A model generated the notes under the pieces. It did no database searches. It saw only the letters and a program-made list of their open reading frames with translations, and had not been told where the DNA came from. Positions 1-11,900 of a DNA stretch of 64,000 nucleotides are shown one piece after another. The DNA is taken from NCBI GenBank assembly GCA_043228905.1, contig JBHGNT010000018.1:15872001-15936000 (forward strand), in the 5' to 3' direction. A program made the translations under genes and the position numbers. This DNA comes from Azolla caroliniana (Eukaryota > Plantae > Polypodiophyta). The number at the start of each line of letters is the position of its first letter. Position 1 is the stretch's first letter.

Positions 1-12
1 CATGGTGGACAA

Positions 13-1515
13 GTGTTTCCAAATGTGTATACCACCACAACAATAAGTATATCTCAAGAAGTGGAACAAGTGAAGAGTGAACAAGATACAATGGCGTTGG
101 TGAATCGGCGCTTTGATGAAGTGATGGCCCACTTGCAACAATCCCAAGCAATTCGCAACACTATTCCCGATGGTGGTGGCTCTAGAGGGCATCACGGTGT
201 AATTTGTTATTCTTGTCAAGAGGAGGGACCCATCTCAACAAGATGTCCTCATCGACAACAAAGAGGTATGGAAAGAGACATGTATGAAGTGCAACGGAAT
301 GGACAACGACCTATCAACAATGGAGTCGAAGGAGGCGAATCCATAACACTTCCAATGACTCAGGTTCCTACAATTCCTCATAATGTGAATCTTCTTAATT
401 TTATTGATGATAGTGATAGTGCTTGTGAAGTAGCTCTTGTGAAAAGGACAAGAGCCTCGCAAAAGGAGAAAGAAGTTGAAGGAGAATCTAGTGACTCAAG
501 ACAAAAGAAGAAGTCTAAGGAGAATGAGAAAGAGGACAAATTGAGAAGGAGACACTCTAGAAGGAAGATAAAGATGGAGGATATTCCTATGGGAGAAGGT
601 GTAGAATCTTTCAATCGGAAGCATGAATTGATATCGAGTGGACCAAGGATAACATGGCCGCAACTTCTCCAATTATCATCCACATTACAAAATGAGTGGG
701 GGAGGCTTGTGAGTATTTGCCAAAGTCAAAAGACCGTGCATTACGTGGGGATCATGCGAGTAGAAGATCGAAAGGACATACGTCCAATCATCCCTGTCTC
801 CATCAAAGGGGTTCACATCAAAGATGCCTTGGGTGATAGTGGTGCTAGGGTAAGCTTGATTTCTGAATTTGTAGTAAACAAAGTAGGAATTCCTATTAGT
901 AGGTCATCTTCAACAAGGGTGGTTGTAGTAGATAGTGGAGTGGTGCATTGCACAAGCATAGTGGAGGATGTGTTCATCAAGTGTTTTGGAATAAGAGGAG
1001 AAGCTTGCAACAAATACCACATCAACTTGAAGGAAAGTGTATCAATTTCCCCAAAGCTTCGGCAATTGAGTGTTGAACAAAAGGAAGAATTTATGCAAGA
1101 GTTCAACGCATGGTTACAAGAAAGTTCCAATTATAAGATGGAAGATTTGAGGTGTGTGTCACCTATAGTTTTGGTTCCAAAGAAGAATGAGATCAATTTC
1201 AAAGCCTTGAATGATTCGACCAAACGAGATGAATTTTCACTTCCTTCTCGAGATGAGATTGTCGATAAAATGGTGGTTTATACAAAACAAGGTAGTGTGG
1301 ACAATATGTTGTGCCAAAAAGGATTTCATGTGGATGATTCAAAGATTAACATAATTACAAAGATGACAATTCCGACAAGTCTTGAAGCTTTGAAAGTATT
1401 TGTGCAAAAGGTGCGCTCGCTCGAAAGATTCATTTATATGTTGACATGCTTACTGCTATCAAGAGTGATGTATCCCATGGCCCTACTAGTCTTTGGAGCG
1501 TTAACGAAGACATAA
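13..1515 (+). CDS. gag: Gag-aspartic protease polyprotein with telescoped RT remnants (5'-partial; no YxDD core, RNase H or integrase)
   Basis: 500-codon uninterrupted ORF containing CCHC-like motif, ALGDSGA, VSPIVLVPKK, NFKALNDSTKRDEFSLP and GFHVDDSKINII. Confidence 0.75.
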   Translation: MFPNVYTTTTISISQEVEQVKSEQDTMALVNRRFDEVMAHLQQSQAIRNTIPDGGGSRGHHGVICYSCQEEGPISTRCPHRQQRGMERDMYEVQRNGQRPINNGVEGGESITLPMTQVPTIPHNVNLLNFIDDSDSACEVALVKRTRASQKEKEVEGESSDSRQKKKSKENEKEDKLRRRHSRRKIKMEDIPMGEGVESFNRKHELISSGPRITWPQLLQLSSTLQNEWGRLVSICQSQKTVHYVGIMRVEDRKDIRPIIPVSIKGVHIKDALGDSGARVSLISEFVVNKVGIPISRSSSTRVVVVDSGVVHCTSIVEDVFIKCFGIRGEACNKYHINLKESVSISPKLRQLSVEQKEEFMQEFNAWLQESSNYKMEDLRCVSPIVLVPKKNEINFKALNDSTKRDEFSLPSRDEIVDKMVVYTKQGSVDNMLCQKGFHVDDSKINIITKMTIPTSLEALKVFVQKVRSLERFIYMLTCLLLSRVMYPMALLVFGALTKT

Positions 1516-1775
1516 TGATTGTGGTAACCTCTTTCTTTGTGTTGACAAGGAGAAAGATGATGATGGAATTGTCAATGTGTGTGTGGGTGTGTCTAGGAGT
1601 GTGAGGTTTTTCCTACCGACTAGCGGGGGTTTTACTCACATAGTTTGTTTCTTTTTATTATATCTCTCTCATTTTCTATAGCCAAGAGATTGGCGAGAGA
1701 GCTTTTGTTTGTTAAGTACTGCCAATAAGTGCTTCGCCATAAATGGCTTAGCCTCTAACAAGGGGGAGGGCTAAA

Positions 1776-2526
1776 TGTGAAAGTGTTTTTAGAATCTAAG
1801 CCATTGAACATTAGGAGAATATAAAGTATAGATAATTCACCTTTTGAGGATAAGAACACGAACTAAGACCTTAGGGAAGAAGTCAAAAGTAAAAGTACGA
1901 GACCAAGAGAAAAGTAAAAAGAGAAAACGCAGACTATAAAAAACAGTAAAAATAGAATGGTCATAACTCCCTCGTTGTTTATCCAAATATCACGTTTAAA
2001 TATGGATTAGAAAGCTTGTAAAAAGAGCTTTCTATAGCTTTTTAAATCGCTTAATTTGGATTTCGGATGAGGGAGATATGACGATTAGAAGGTTGATGTG
2101 TCATAGCTAAAAATAGGGAGATAAAAAGCTTCTAAAAATAGCATGAACGTGGATAAGAAGAGGCAGGTTATAAAAGAAGAAGTAATATTAGTGAGAAGGG
2201 GGGCTAAGAGTGAAGGCCAAAGAGTGGATGAGGAGTGTTAGGAAGAAGTGTCTTTGTGGAAGAGGAAGTGTCTTAGAAGAGGAAGGTCTTTGGTTTTAGT
2301 TCAATGTGGAGTTTGTCTCCTTTGTATTCTCTTGATGTTGGAATATCAGAACATTCTTATTTCTTGCTCGCTTTCTCTATCTTTTTTCTTAGTTTCTTGA
2401 GTTATACTCTCCAATCATAATTACCTAGAGCTATATAATATATTATGATTTTCAACTCCATCTAATCGGTTTGGTCAAGCCCTCATATAGTGTATAACTA
2501 TCTATTATCTTATACACCCTATCACA
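1776..2526 (+). repeat. 3' LTR of G1 (~750 bp)
   Basis: Terminal inverted TGTGA/TCACA, preceded by PPT. TATA-like TATAAAA at ~2168. Internal inverted repeat ~1960-1988/2054-2082. Confidence 0.8.
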
Positions 2527-3780
2527 TAGTATATCTTGATGACATCTTGATCTACTCGAAAACTCAAGAAGAGCATGACATACATGTCCGCCAAGTCTTC
2601 CAATGCTTACGAGAATATGGGCTCTATGCCAAACTTGAGAAATGTAGCTTTGATCAAAACCACGTGGAGTTTTCGGGGTATGTGGTTTCACAACAAGGTA
2701 TATCTATAGATCCATCTAAGGTTCAGACAATTCTAAATTGCAACCACCTCGTCCAGTGTGTGATGTTCAATGTTTCTTAGGATTTGTGAATTTTACCGCA
2801 AATCTATCAAGAATTATTCAAACATTGTGATGCCTCTCACAGAGCTTACACAAGAGAACAAGTCATTCACATGGAGTTCTAGTCCAACCAAAGCTTTTGA
2901 AAGCCTAAAGAGCGCGTTCACTTCTGCTCCAATTCTACTTCATGTTGACCTAGAAAAACCGTTTATCATCGAGGCGGATGCATCTGATTTTGCACTGGGA
3001 AGTATCTTGTCACAGACAGGAGATGATGGGAAGCTACATCCAATTGCTTTCTATTCACGCAAATTAGAAGCCGTAGAGATCAATTACGAGATTCACGACA
3101 AAGAGCTTCCATCCATTATAGACTCGTTTGAACAGTGGAGACATTTCTTAGAAGGTTCTCCCCACCAAATCATTGTTTACAATGATCATAAAAACCTCAC
3201 ATACTTTCAAAGTGCTAGAGTCTTGAGTCACCGCCAAGCTCATTGGGCACAATTTTTAACATGTTTTGACTTCGTCATCACATATCGCCTAGGAGTACAA
3301 CGAGGAAAGGCAGATGCGCTCTCACGACGATCTTATTTGGCTCCACAACCAGGAGAGCCCACATTTGATCATCAAAAACAAATCATCTTGGGGCCTAATC
3401 AGTTACGACTATTAACTATTAATGCCTCTCAAGCATTTGAAGATTCAAGTCTTCTAGATTCAATCCGAACAAATATCATTTCTGATGAATTTGCTCAAGA
3501 TATATTGAATCATATAATTTCAGATCGCGCTTCTTCTTCAAGCTCCAAGAATCCTCATAAAGATTATAACCAGTTTAAATGGGATAATGGTTTACTTTTT
3601 CGCAACACTCTTTTGTATGTCCCAAATGGTTCATCTTGACTTCAAGTAATGCAATATTGTCACGACGACCCAATGGCCGGGCACTTTGGAATCCACAAAA
3701 CTTTGGAGCTAGTTTCTCAAAACTATTGGTGGCCTCACCTTCGAGAGTTTGTTGAAGATTATGTTCGTAGTTGTGATGTG
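2527..3780 (+). pseudogene. pol: Chromovirus CV1 pol fragment (RT C-half, RNase H, integrase H2C2 zinc finger)
   Basis: [43 protein letters not shown]. Frameshifts and stops present. Ends abruptly at 3780. Confidence 0.9.
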
Positions 3781-4890
3781 AACCTGGTGGTGACTCTCAA
3801 CACCTCGTGTCAAGAAGAGAACTTGTCTCTACAAGTGGTAAAGGCAAGCATCTTGAACTAGGAGACGAGAAGGAAGTACAAGAATGTCCTAGCCTAGTCG
3901 GAGTCAAACCTGACTCAACATTCTGGGAGAGGAAGGAACCGATCCAAAAGCCCACCAAGGAGAGAAAAGTCCCATGTTCGATCCAAGTCCAGAGGTAACC
4001 TAACATGCTTCTATTGTGGAAAGCCTGGATACTTTTAGAAGGACTACCAACACCTCAAGATGGACAAGAATGTCGACAATAACGTCGAACCCAGGAAGAT
4101 TCCTGAAGAAAAGGGCACATCTGCCATAGCCATGAGTGCATAGGAGATCTTGTTCATTTGTGAACAGGCAAGCACAAATCTTGCAAGTGAAGAGTGCACC
4201 TGGGTAATCGACTTGGGTGCATCATTCCACATAACTCCGTCAAGAGGGTGTTTTCGGACTTACATAGCCAGGGATCATGGCTATGTAAAGATGGGAGATC
4301 ATGGAGAGTGCAAGATAGCCGGCATTGGAAGCATGTTCCTGACGACATCGACAGTTGTCAACTGACGCTGAGGGAAGTTTGACATGTCCCCGATATCAGA
4401 TTGAATCTGATATTGATGGGAAGGTTGGATGACGAAGGCTACATTGGTAGCTTATGGAACGGCAAGTGGAAGTTTTGTCATGGAAACCTCATAGTGGCAC
4501 GAGTACAGAAAGAGGGCACACTGTATATAATGCATGCCCAACTGTGCAAGTCGAAGGTGAATGTGGCAACCAACTCGAGTGGAGAGTTATGGCATAAGAG
4601 GCTCGGCTACATGAGTGAAAGAGGAATCCACATTCTAGCCAACCACAAACTTCTCCTAGAAGTGAAAGGCGTACAATTGGAGAAGTGTGTCGATTGCTTA
4701 GTCGGAAAGCAGAACAAGGTAGCATTCCACACAAGACCACTAAGAAGAAGAGAAGTTGCATTGGACTAGTGCACACAGATGTGTGCTATGTAGATCCTCC
4801 ATCACATCGAGATGGACAATACTTCATGAAATTTATTGATGACCATAGTTAGAAGACATGGGCCTTCGTACTAAAGTCAAAGGATCAAGT

Positions 4891-7800
4891 TGTTGAGAAC
4901 CGAATCGTCAATCCACAAGAAGGAATGCACTGAAATACATAGTTTGCAAACACAGAAGAAAATGTACACAGATTTTATGTGGAAACCCTAAAGCGGGAGA
5001 AAACCACGAAGAACGGAGCTTCACTATACAATGGATATACAATAACGAGATTAGAGTACAACACTCTCTACACCGAGTGTATCAACCACACAGGGTTCTT
5101 GGCGTATGCCGTTATAGAACACAACTATGGCACCACTCACACATACTCACATCATGTTCTCACACTTCTCTATCATTAACTACAACAGAGGATCACACAC
5201 ACAGTTCTCACTCCACCCCACACTACGCAACTTGCCCTAAGGGTATTTATACTCATACCCTAAATGGGTTATTTACAAATGTAGCCACAACTATTTTCAT
5301 TCCTAGTATTATCTAATGTTAATAATAGTCTCACTAATCAACCGACTCATCTGATCAGTCGGCTGCTCCCTATCTTTGACTGTTGGCTCTCTCCGAACAG
5401 TCGGCTCCTCCCATTGGAGGGACATATAGCTATGTAACTCCCCCTTCACTCTTGTGGGATGGAGTCCGTTATTCCTGTCCTTTGTCAACCGACTCTAAGT
5501 CACTCCATCAGTATACATCGCCTTAGCCCAATAGGATTTATGCAGTTTAGCATGAGAGACCATGCTCCTTACTCTCTCCATGATTGTTCGATTCATCCTC
5601 TTTGCAAGCCCATTCAACTTAGGGGTCTTTGGTACGGTATATTTGATTCGAATACCCTGGCTTTGCAATATTCCTCAAACAAAGGATTCGGCCACCATTG
5701 TCGGTTCGGACAACCTTCAACTTCCAACCCGACTCCCGTTCAGCTCTTGCCTGGAACTCCTTGAAAAATGACAGTACTTGATCTTTTGACTTTAGTATGA
5801 AAGTGCACAACTTTCGACTATGGTCATCGATGAAAGTCACAAAGTATTGTCTGCCTCGATGCGACGGAGCATCTATATAACACACATCCGTGTGTACCAG
5901 TTCCAGTGCAACATCTCTTCTTCTTGGTGGCAGTGTGTGGAATGCTGCTCTGCTCTGCTTTCCGTCTAAGCAGTTGATGCACTTCTCTAGGTGCACTCCC
6001 TTTACTTCTGGTCGGCCAACAGATGTAGTCTCTTCTCACTCATGTGGCCTAGCCTCTTATGCCATATCTGTCCTGCCGAGTCGGCTGCCACATTCACTTC
6101 CGACTTGCATAGTCAAGCTTGCATCATATACAATGTGTCTTCTTTTTGTGCTCGGGCCACTATAAGATTTCCTCGATAGAACTTCCATTTCCTGTTTCAG
6201 AAGCTGCCATTGTAACCCTTGTCGTCCAGTCTTCTAGTCGATATCAGATTCAATCTGATGTCCGGGACATCCTTCAGAGTTAGCCGACACCCTGTCGACG
6301 TTGTCAAACAGACACTTCCGATTCCAGCTAACTTGCACTCCCCACTATCTCTCATCTTTACATAACCATGATCACCAGCTATGTAAGTCAAGAAATACTC
6401 TCGTGACGGAGTTATGTGGAAGGATGCACCGGAGTTGATCACCCAAATGCATTCTTCACTCACAAGGTTTGCACTTGTCTGTTCACAAATGAACAACAGT
6501 TCTTCATTGCTCATAGCAATGGCTGAAGTGCCCTTTTCATTAGGAATCTTCTTGGGTTCGACACTGTTAACGACACCTTTGTCCTTCCTCATGTGTCGGC
6601 AGTCCTTCTGGAAGTGTCCAGGTTTTCCACAATAGAAGCACACGAGCTTACCTCTAGATTTCGACCTAGCTTGAGACTTTTCTCTCCTTGGTGGACTTCT
6701 TTGCCGGTTCCTCCCTCTGTTGATGTGTTGAGTCAAATTTGACTTCGATTGGACTACGACACCCTTGTGCTTCCTTCTCACTTCCTCATTCAGGATACTT
6801 GTCTTCACTACTTGTAAAGACAGGTTCTATTCTTGACAGGAGGTGCTGAGAGTAACCACCAGGTTCTCCCAACTATCCGGCAGTGTGCACATCAGCAAGA
6901 TGGCCTACATGGCATCATCAAGGGGAAACTTGGTTGCATCAAGTTGATTTACATACCCCATGAATGTGCTGATGTGTTCGATAATGCTCTCACCGTCTCT
7001 GTATTTCAGCCGTATGATCTTTTTCATCGGTGAGGTTTTATTGGGGGTGTTCTTCCTCTCATATAGACCTGACAACTTCTGCCACATCTCGTGGGCATTT
7101 GTGTCATTCACCACATGCGAAAGGACACTTACATCGATGCACTGTTGGATGGTGGCCACCGCCTTTCTATTAAGAAGTTTCCATTCTAACTCTAATACCC
7201 CCATGGGTATTTTTGCTCTGTCAATCGACTCGTACAAGTCTTTGACTATGAGAAGGTCCTCCATCTTTATCTTCCAATCTGCATAGTTATGAGAGTTTAG
7301 AACTACCATCCCTGGGAAGCCACTCATACCTCCTTCCATGCTTGCACCTCAAGCTATGATACTAGTTTGTTGAGAACCGAATCGTCAATACATAAGAAGG
7401 AATGCGCTGAAATACACAATTCGGAAACACAGAAGAAAATGTACACAGATTTTACGTGGAAACCCTAAAGAGGGAGAAAACCATGGAGAACGGAGCTTCA
7501 CTCTATAGTGGATATAGAATAACGATATTAGAGTACAACACTCTCTACACCGAGTGTATCAGCCACACAAGGCTCTTGGCGTATATTGTTATAGAACACG
7601 ACTATGGTGCCGCTCACACAGACTTACATCACGTTCTCACACTTCTCTATCGTTAACTACAACAGAGGATCACACACACAGTTCTCACTCCACCCCACAC
7701 TACGCAAGTTTCCCTAAGTGTATTTATACTCATACCCTAAATGGGCTATTTACAAATGTAGCCACAACTATTGTCATTCCTATTATTATCTAATATTAAT

Positions 7801-7911
7801 AATAGTCTCACTAATCAACGACTCATCTGATCAGTCGGTTGCTCCTTGTCTTCGACTGTCGGCTCTCTCCGAATAGTCGGCTCCTCCCACTGGAGGGACA
7901 TATTCCTAACA
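4891..7911 (-). mobile_element. Copia family A deletion derivative A2 (LTR-gag-PR-IN-[RT deleted]-PPT-LTR), antisense inside A1 integrase
   Basis: Direct repeats 4891-5435 and 7368-7911. Decayed Met-PBS (TAGTATCATAGC, minus strand 7353-7364). PPT at 5436-5450. gag ORFs 6905-7339 and 6197-6808 with CFYCGKPGHFQKDC. IN joins directly to the RH end at ~5535. Confidence 0.9.
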
Positions 7912-8928
7912 CTGTCAATGTTCAAGGAGTTCCAGGCTATCCGTACCAACAATGGTGGCGAATATAAAGGGCAGTTTGAGGAATACTGCAAGGCCCAGGG
8001 TATTCGAATCGAAAACACGGTTCCAAAGACCCCTAAGTTGAATGGGCTTGCAGAGAGGATGAATCGAACAATCATGGAGAGAGTAAGGTGCATGCTCTCC
8101 CATGCTAAACTACCGAAATCGTATTGGGCTGAGGTGATGTACACAATTGTCTACCTAATAAATAGGTTCCCCTCAGTACCACTGAAAGGTGATGTCCCAC
8201 AAAAGGTGTGGATAGGAAAGGATGTCTCCTATCGACCCCTAAGGGTGTTCAGATGCTTAGTGTATATGCATGTGGCTAAGGATCAGAGGTCGAAGCTTGA
8301 CAGTAAGTCGAAACCTTGCATATTCATGGGATACTCGGAGGCCAAGTTCGGCCACAGGATGTGGGACCTAGTCAGCAAGAAGGAAGTGAGGAGTCGGGAT
8401 GTAGTCTTCTTGGAAGACAAGACAATAGAGAACTAGAAGCAACAGAAGTCTGAATCGACTTCCTAGTCTACACCCACTACTACCGACTTAAGGCCAAGGG
8501 AACCAACACAATCGGTTGTTCGGAGACAGCCAGTCGGCACAGCCGAATCCGAGTCAGTGGACTCAGAGCAACCAAAAAATACAGATGAGTCAGAGTAGGC
8601 TGACCTATTGAAGTTCATCGAAGAATAAAAGTCGGAATCAGCTAAACACCAACGATTGATCGACACATATGAATCCGGAAGAGACATCCGAACTAGAGCC
8701 GACAACGAGCGGAAGGAGATACCCACTTAGAGAAAGAAGAGCACTGATGACATATGCCAGTCAATACATCCTCTTGACTGATGAAGGTGAACCTAAGTGC
8801 TATGAAGACGCCATAGTGAATGAGCACAAGGAGAAATGGCTAAGTGCAATGCAAGAAGAGATGGACTCCTTGCATGAAAACTACACCTATAACCTGGTAG
8901 AACTACAGAAAGGTAAGAGAGCACTTAG

Positions 8929-11900
8929 TCTTGAGAATGTTTAAAAGTTATAACAGCTAGCCCAACAGCTAGTTAGTTTCAATAGCTAGTTAGCCCAACG
9001 GCCAGATCTTGGCCTTTATAAACATGGACTTTCTCCTCATGTAAATAGAAGAGATCTCTGTATTTTTCTCCCTCCTACCAATGTATATTACTGAACAAAT
9101 GTGCTTTCTCATATTTCTTTGTGGTATCAGAGCATGGATCCGCCCCTCTACAAAACCCTAGATCTGTCCTTTGCAGAACCCTAGATCTACCCTTCTGTTG
9201 GGATGACAATGATTGGAGCAACACTGTCCTAGCATTCAAGAGAGGAAAGGGGGATTTTTTTTTTGTTTCATTTGGGATGACATTGCTATGTGATTGAGAG
9301 GTGACTTGGGAAAAAAGTCAGAAGAGGAAAGTAGAGATAGGCCAACTTGACAAGATGGATGATGTGTTCTCAAAATTGAACGAAGATGAGGTGAAAACAT
9401 TGGTGAAATACATGAAACAGGCTGAGATTGTAGCATCTGGAGGTGTGACAGGAATACAACCACCACCCTGACTTGAACTCCTCCCAATTGAGTTCAAACA
9501 CGATGGACCAGCCACATACTTGTGCTGGTCGCGTCGGATTATAGGTGCCTTGGTAGGGAGAAGCCTTGACGGCTACCTTATGGGAGAAGAGAAAGAGCCT
9601 CCTATCAAAACAAGCAATGAATGGAAAGCATGGAGAGCTACCCACATGTCATTGTACATGTGGCTTCTCAACTCCATGATTCCATCAATCGCCACAACAG
9701 TTGATGGAATTTTAAGTGTGAAGGAGATATGGGAGAAATTGCAAAAGACGTATGCAGGGAGGGGAAACAACATGAGAGTATTTCAAATCAAGCAGGAGAT
9801 AGATGTTGTTTGCCAGGGAGATAGGATGATTCAGAAATATGCCATAGAGCTGGAGTGCCTATGGGCAGAATACGATCATTTTTCGCCTGTGACAGTGTGC
9901 AATGATCCTCAGTGTAAGAGCAAGGAAATTTTTGCTCAAAGAAGAACTATGCAATTTTTGAAACATCTCAACCCGTCATTTGATCAAAGAAGGGCAGTTC
10001 TTCTAGCCAAGGCTGAAATTCCTACACTTGATGAGGCAATCACGACTATGATACAAGAGGAGAGTAGAATGAAGCTGCTCTCTGACACTACCGGACTTCC
10101 AGGGGTGCGATCGGCACTAAGTGAAAATCGAAAATGCTACAATTGTGGTGAAGCTGGTCATTTTAAGATTGCTTGCCCTAAACCATCTAAGGAGAGAGAA
10201 TATGGAGGACGTGGACAAACTAGAGGTCATGGTCGAGGGGGCCGAAGAGGTGCAAGAGGAGGTTACCAAGCAAACTTGATGGTAGCAAAAGAAGAGGAAG
10301 GAACTAAGGTGGTGTTCACCGAAGAGGATCAAGCTCTCTTAGAAATACTTAGGAGGAAGCAAAGAGCCATAGATGATACTTCATTCATGTCAAGGGGTAA
10401 CACTGCCACTTATGCTTATTCGGCCACAAGTACTAGCAACACAAATACTCTTGCCTCTGCACCAGAATGGATAATTGATTCTGGTGCATCTAGGCATGTG
10501 ACGGGTAATGCTAGTGAATTCTCCTCGTATACTCACTTAGCAATGCCAGAAAGCATTCAAATTGCTGACGGTACTACACAACCTGTAGTGGGTATAGGTA
10601 CAGTAAAATGTACCGACTCTGTGACATTGTCTAATGTGTTGCATGCTCCTTCTTTCCCAGTAAACTTATTATCTATAAGTTCTATTATACACCAACTAAA
10701 ATGTGTTGTTTCTTTTGATATTCCCAAGGTGATATTCCAGGAGAAAGGGACAGGTCGGAGACTTGGGACTGGCACATGGCATAGTGGACTATGGTATTTG
10801 GATCGTGAAGGGTTGGATTCAGCATTAGCATCTATGGTAGAGGGAATAGATGTAAGGGGATCTAAAATGAGTTATGAGGACTTGGTAATACTTCACCACC
10901 AACGCATGGGACATGCCTCTTATGGCATTTTGAGTCAGGTGTATCCACACCTTTTTGAAAAGGTGGATAAAACAAAACGTGTTTGTGATGCATGTGAATT
11001 TGGTAAGCTTACTAAAAGTTCATATGCTAGTTCATGTCATAGGAGTTCCCATGCATTTGATGTAATACACTTCGATGTTTGGGGACCATGTCCCACAAGT
11101 TCTATTAATGGATATCGATATTTTGTCTCTTTCATTGACTGCTTCTCTCATGTGACATGATTATATTTGATGAGAAAAAAGAATGAAGTATTTGCTTGTT
11201 TTAAAGATTTTCATAGAGCAGTTCAAACTCAATATGGTGCAATAGTAAAAGTGTTGAGGTCTGATAATGGAACAGAGTATGCTAACATGACATTTAGGGC
11301 ATACCTCTCAGATCAAGGAATACAATATCAAACTACATGCCCATATACACCAGAACAAAATGGAGTAGCAAAGAGGAAGAATAGACATCTTCTAGAGGTA
11401 ACGAGAAGCATGATGATTTCTGTGAATGTCCCAAAGCAGTTGTGGGGACAGGCAGTTTTCACGGCTGCCACATTGATCAATAGAATGCCCTCTAGAGTAT
11501 TGGAGTGGAAGTCTCCATGTGAGTTGTTGCAAGGCAATAACTCTGGAATCCTTCCTTTGAAGGTGTTTGGATGTGTGTGTTTTGTAAAGGACAGTAGACC
11601 ATCTGTAGGAAAACTTGATCCTAAAGCTGTAAAATGTGTATTTGTGGGATACTCTGCCACACAAAAAGGCTATGTTTGTTGGAGTCCAGTAGAGAAGAGA
11701 TTATTTGTGAGCATGGATGTGCATTTCAAAGAGTCAGAGCCATATTATAAACAAGGGGTAACTTCACCCTTTGATGACTTAATTGAGACTGAAAATATGA
11801 GGGAAGGAGATATTGTGAGAGGTTGCTAAAAATAGGATCAATTCCTTTGGTGATCCCTACATCAACTGAGAAACAAGTGAGCGTAGGAGGTACAGAAGAA

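Larger units (their letters stand above)
1..2526 (+). mobile_element. 3' part of non-autonomous Ty3/gypsy element G1 (gag-protease-vestigial RT, PPT, 3' LTR), inserted in the RT of chromovirus CV1
   Basis: ORF with degenerate zinc knuckle (CYSCQEEGPISTRCP) and DSG protease motif. PPT AACAAGGGGGAGGG at ~1757-1770. LTR TGTGA(1776)..TCACA(2526). Host RT resumes with [10 protein letters not shown] straight after 2526. Confidence 0.85.
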
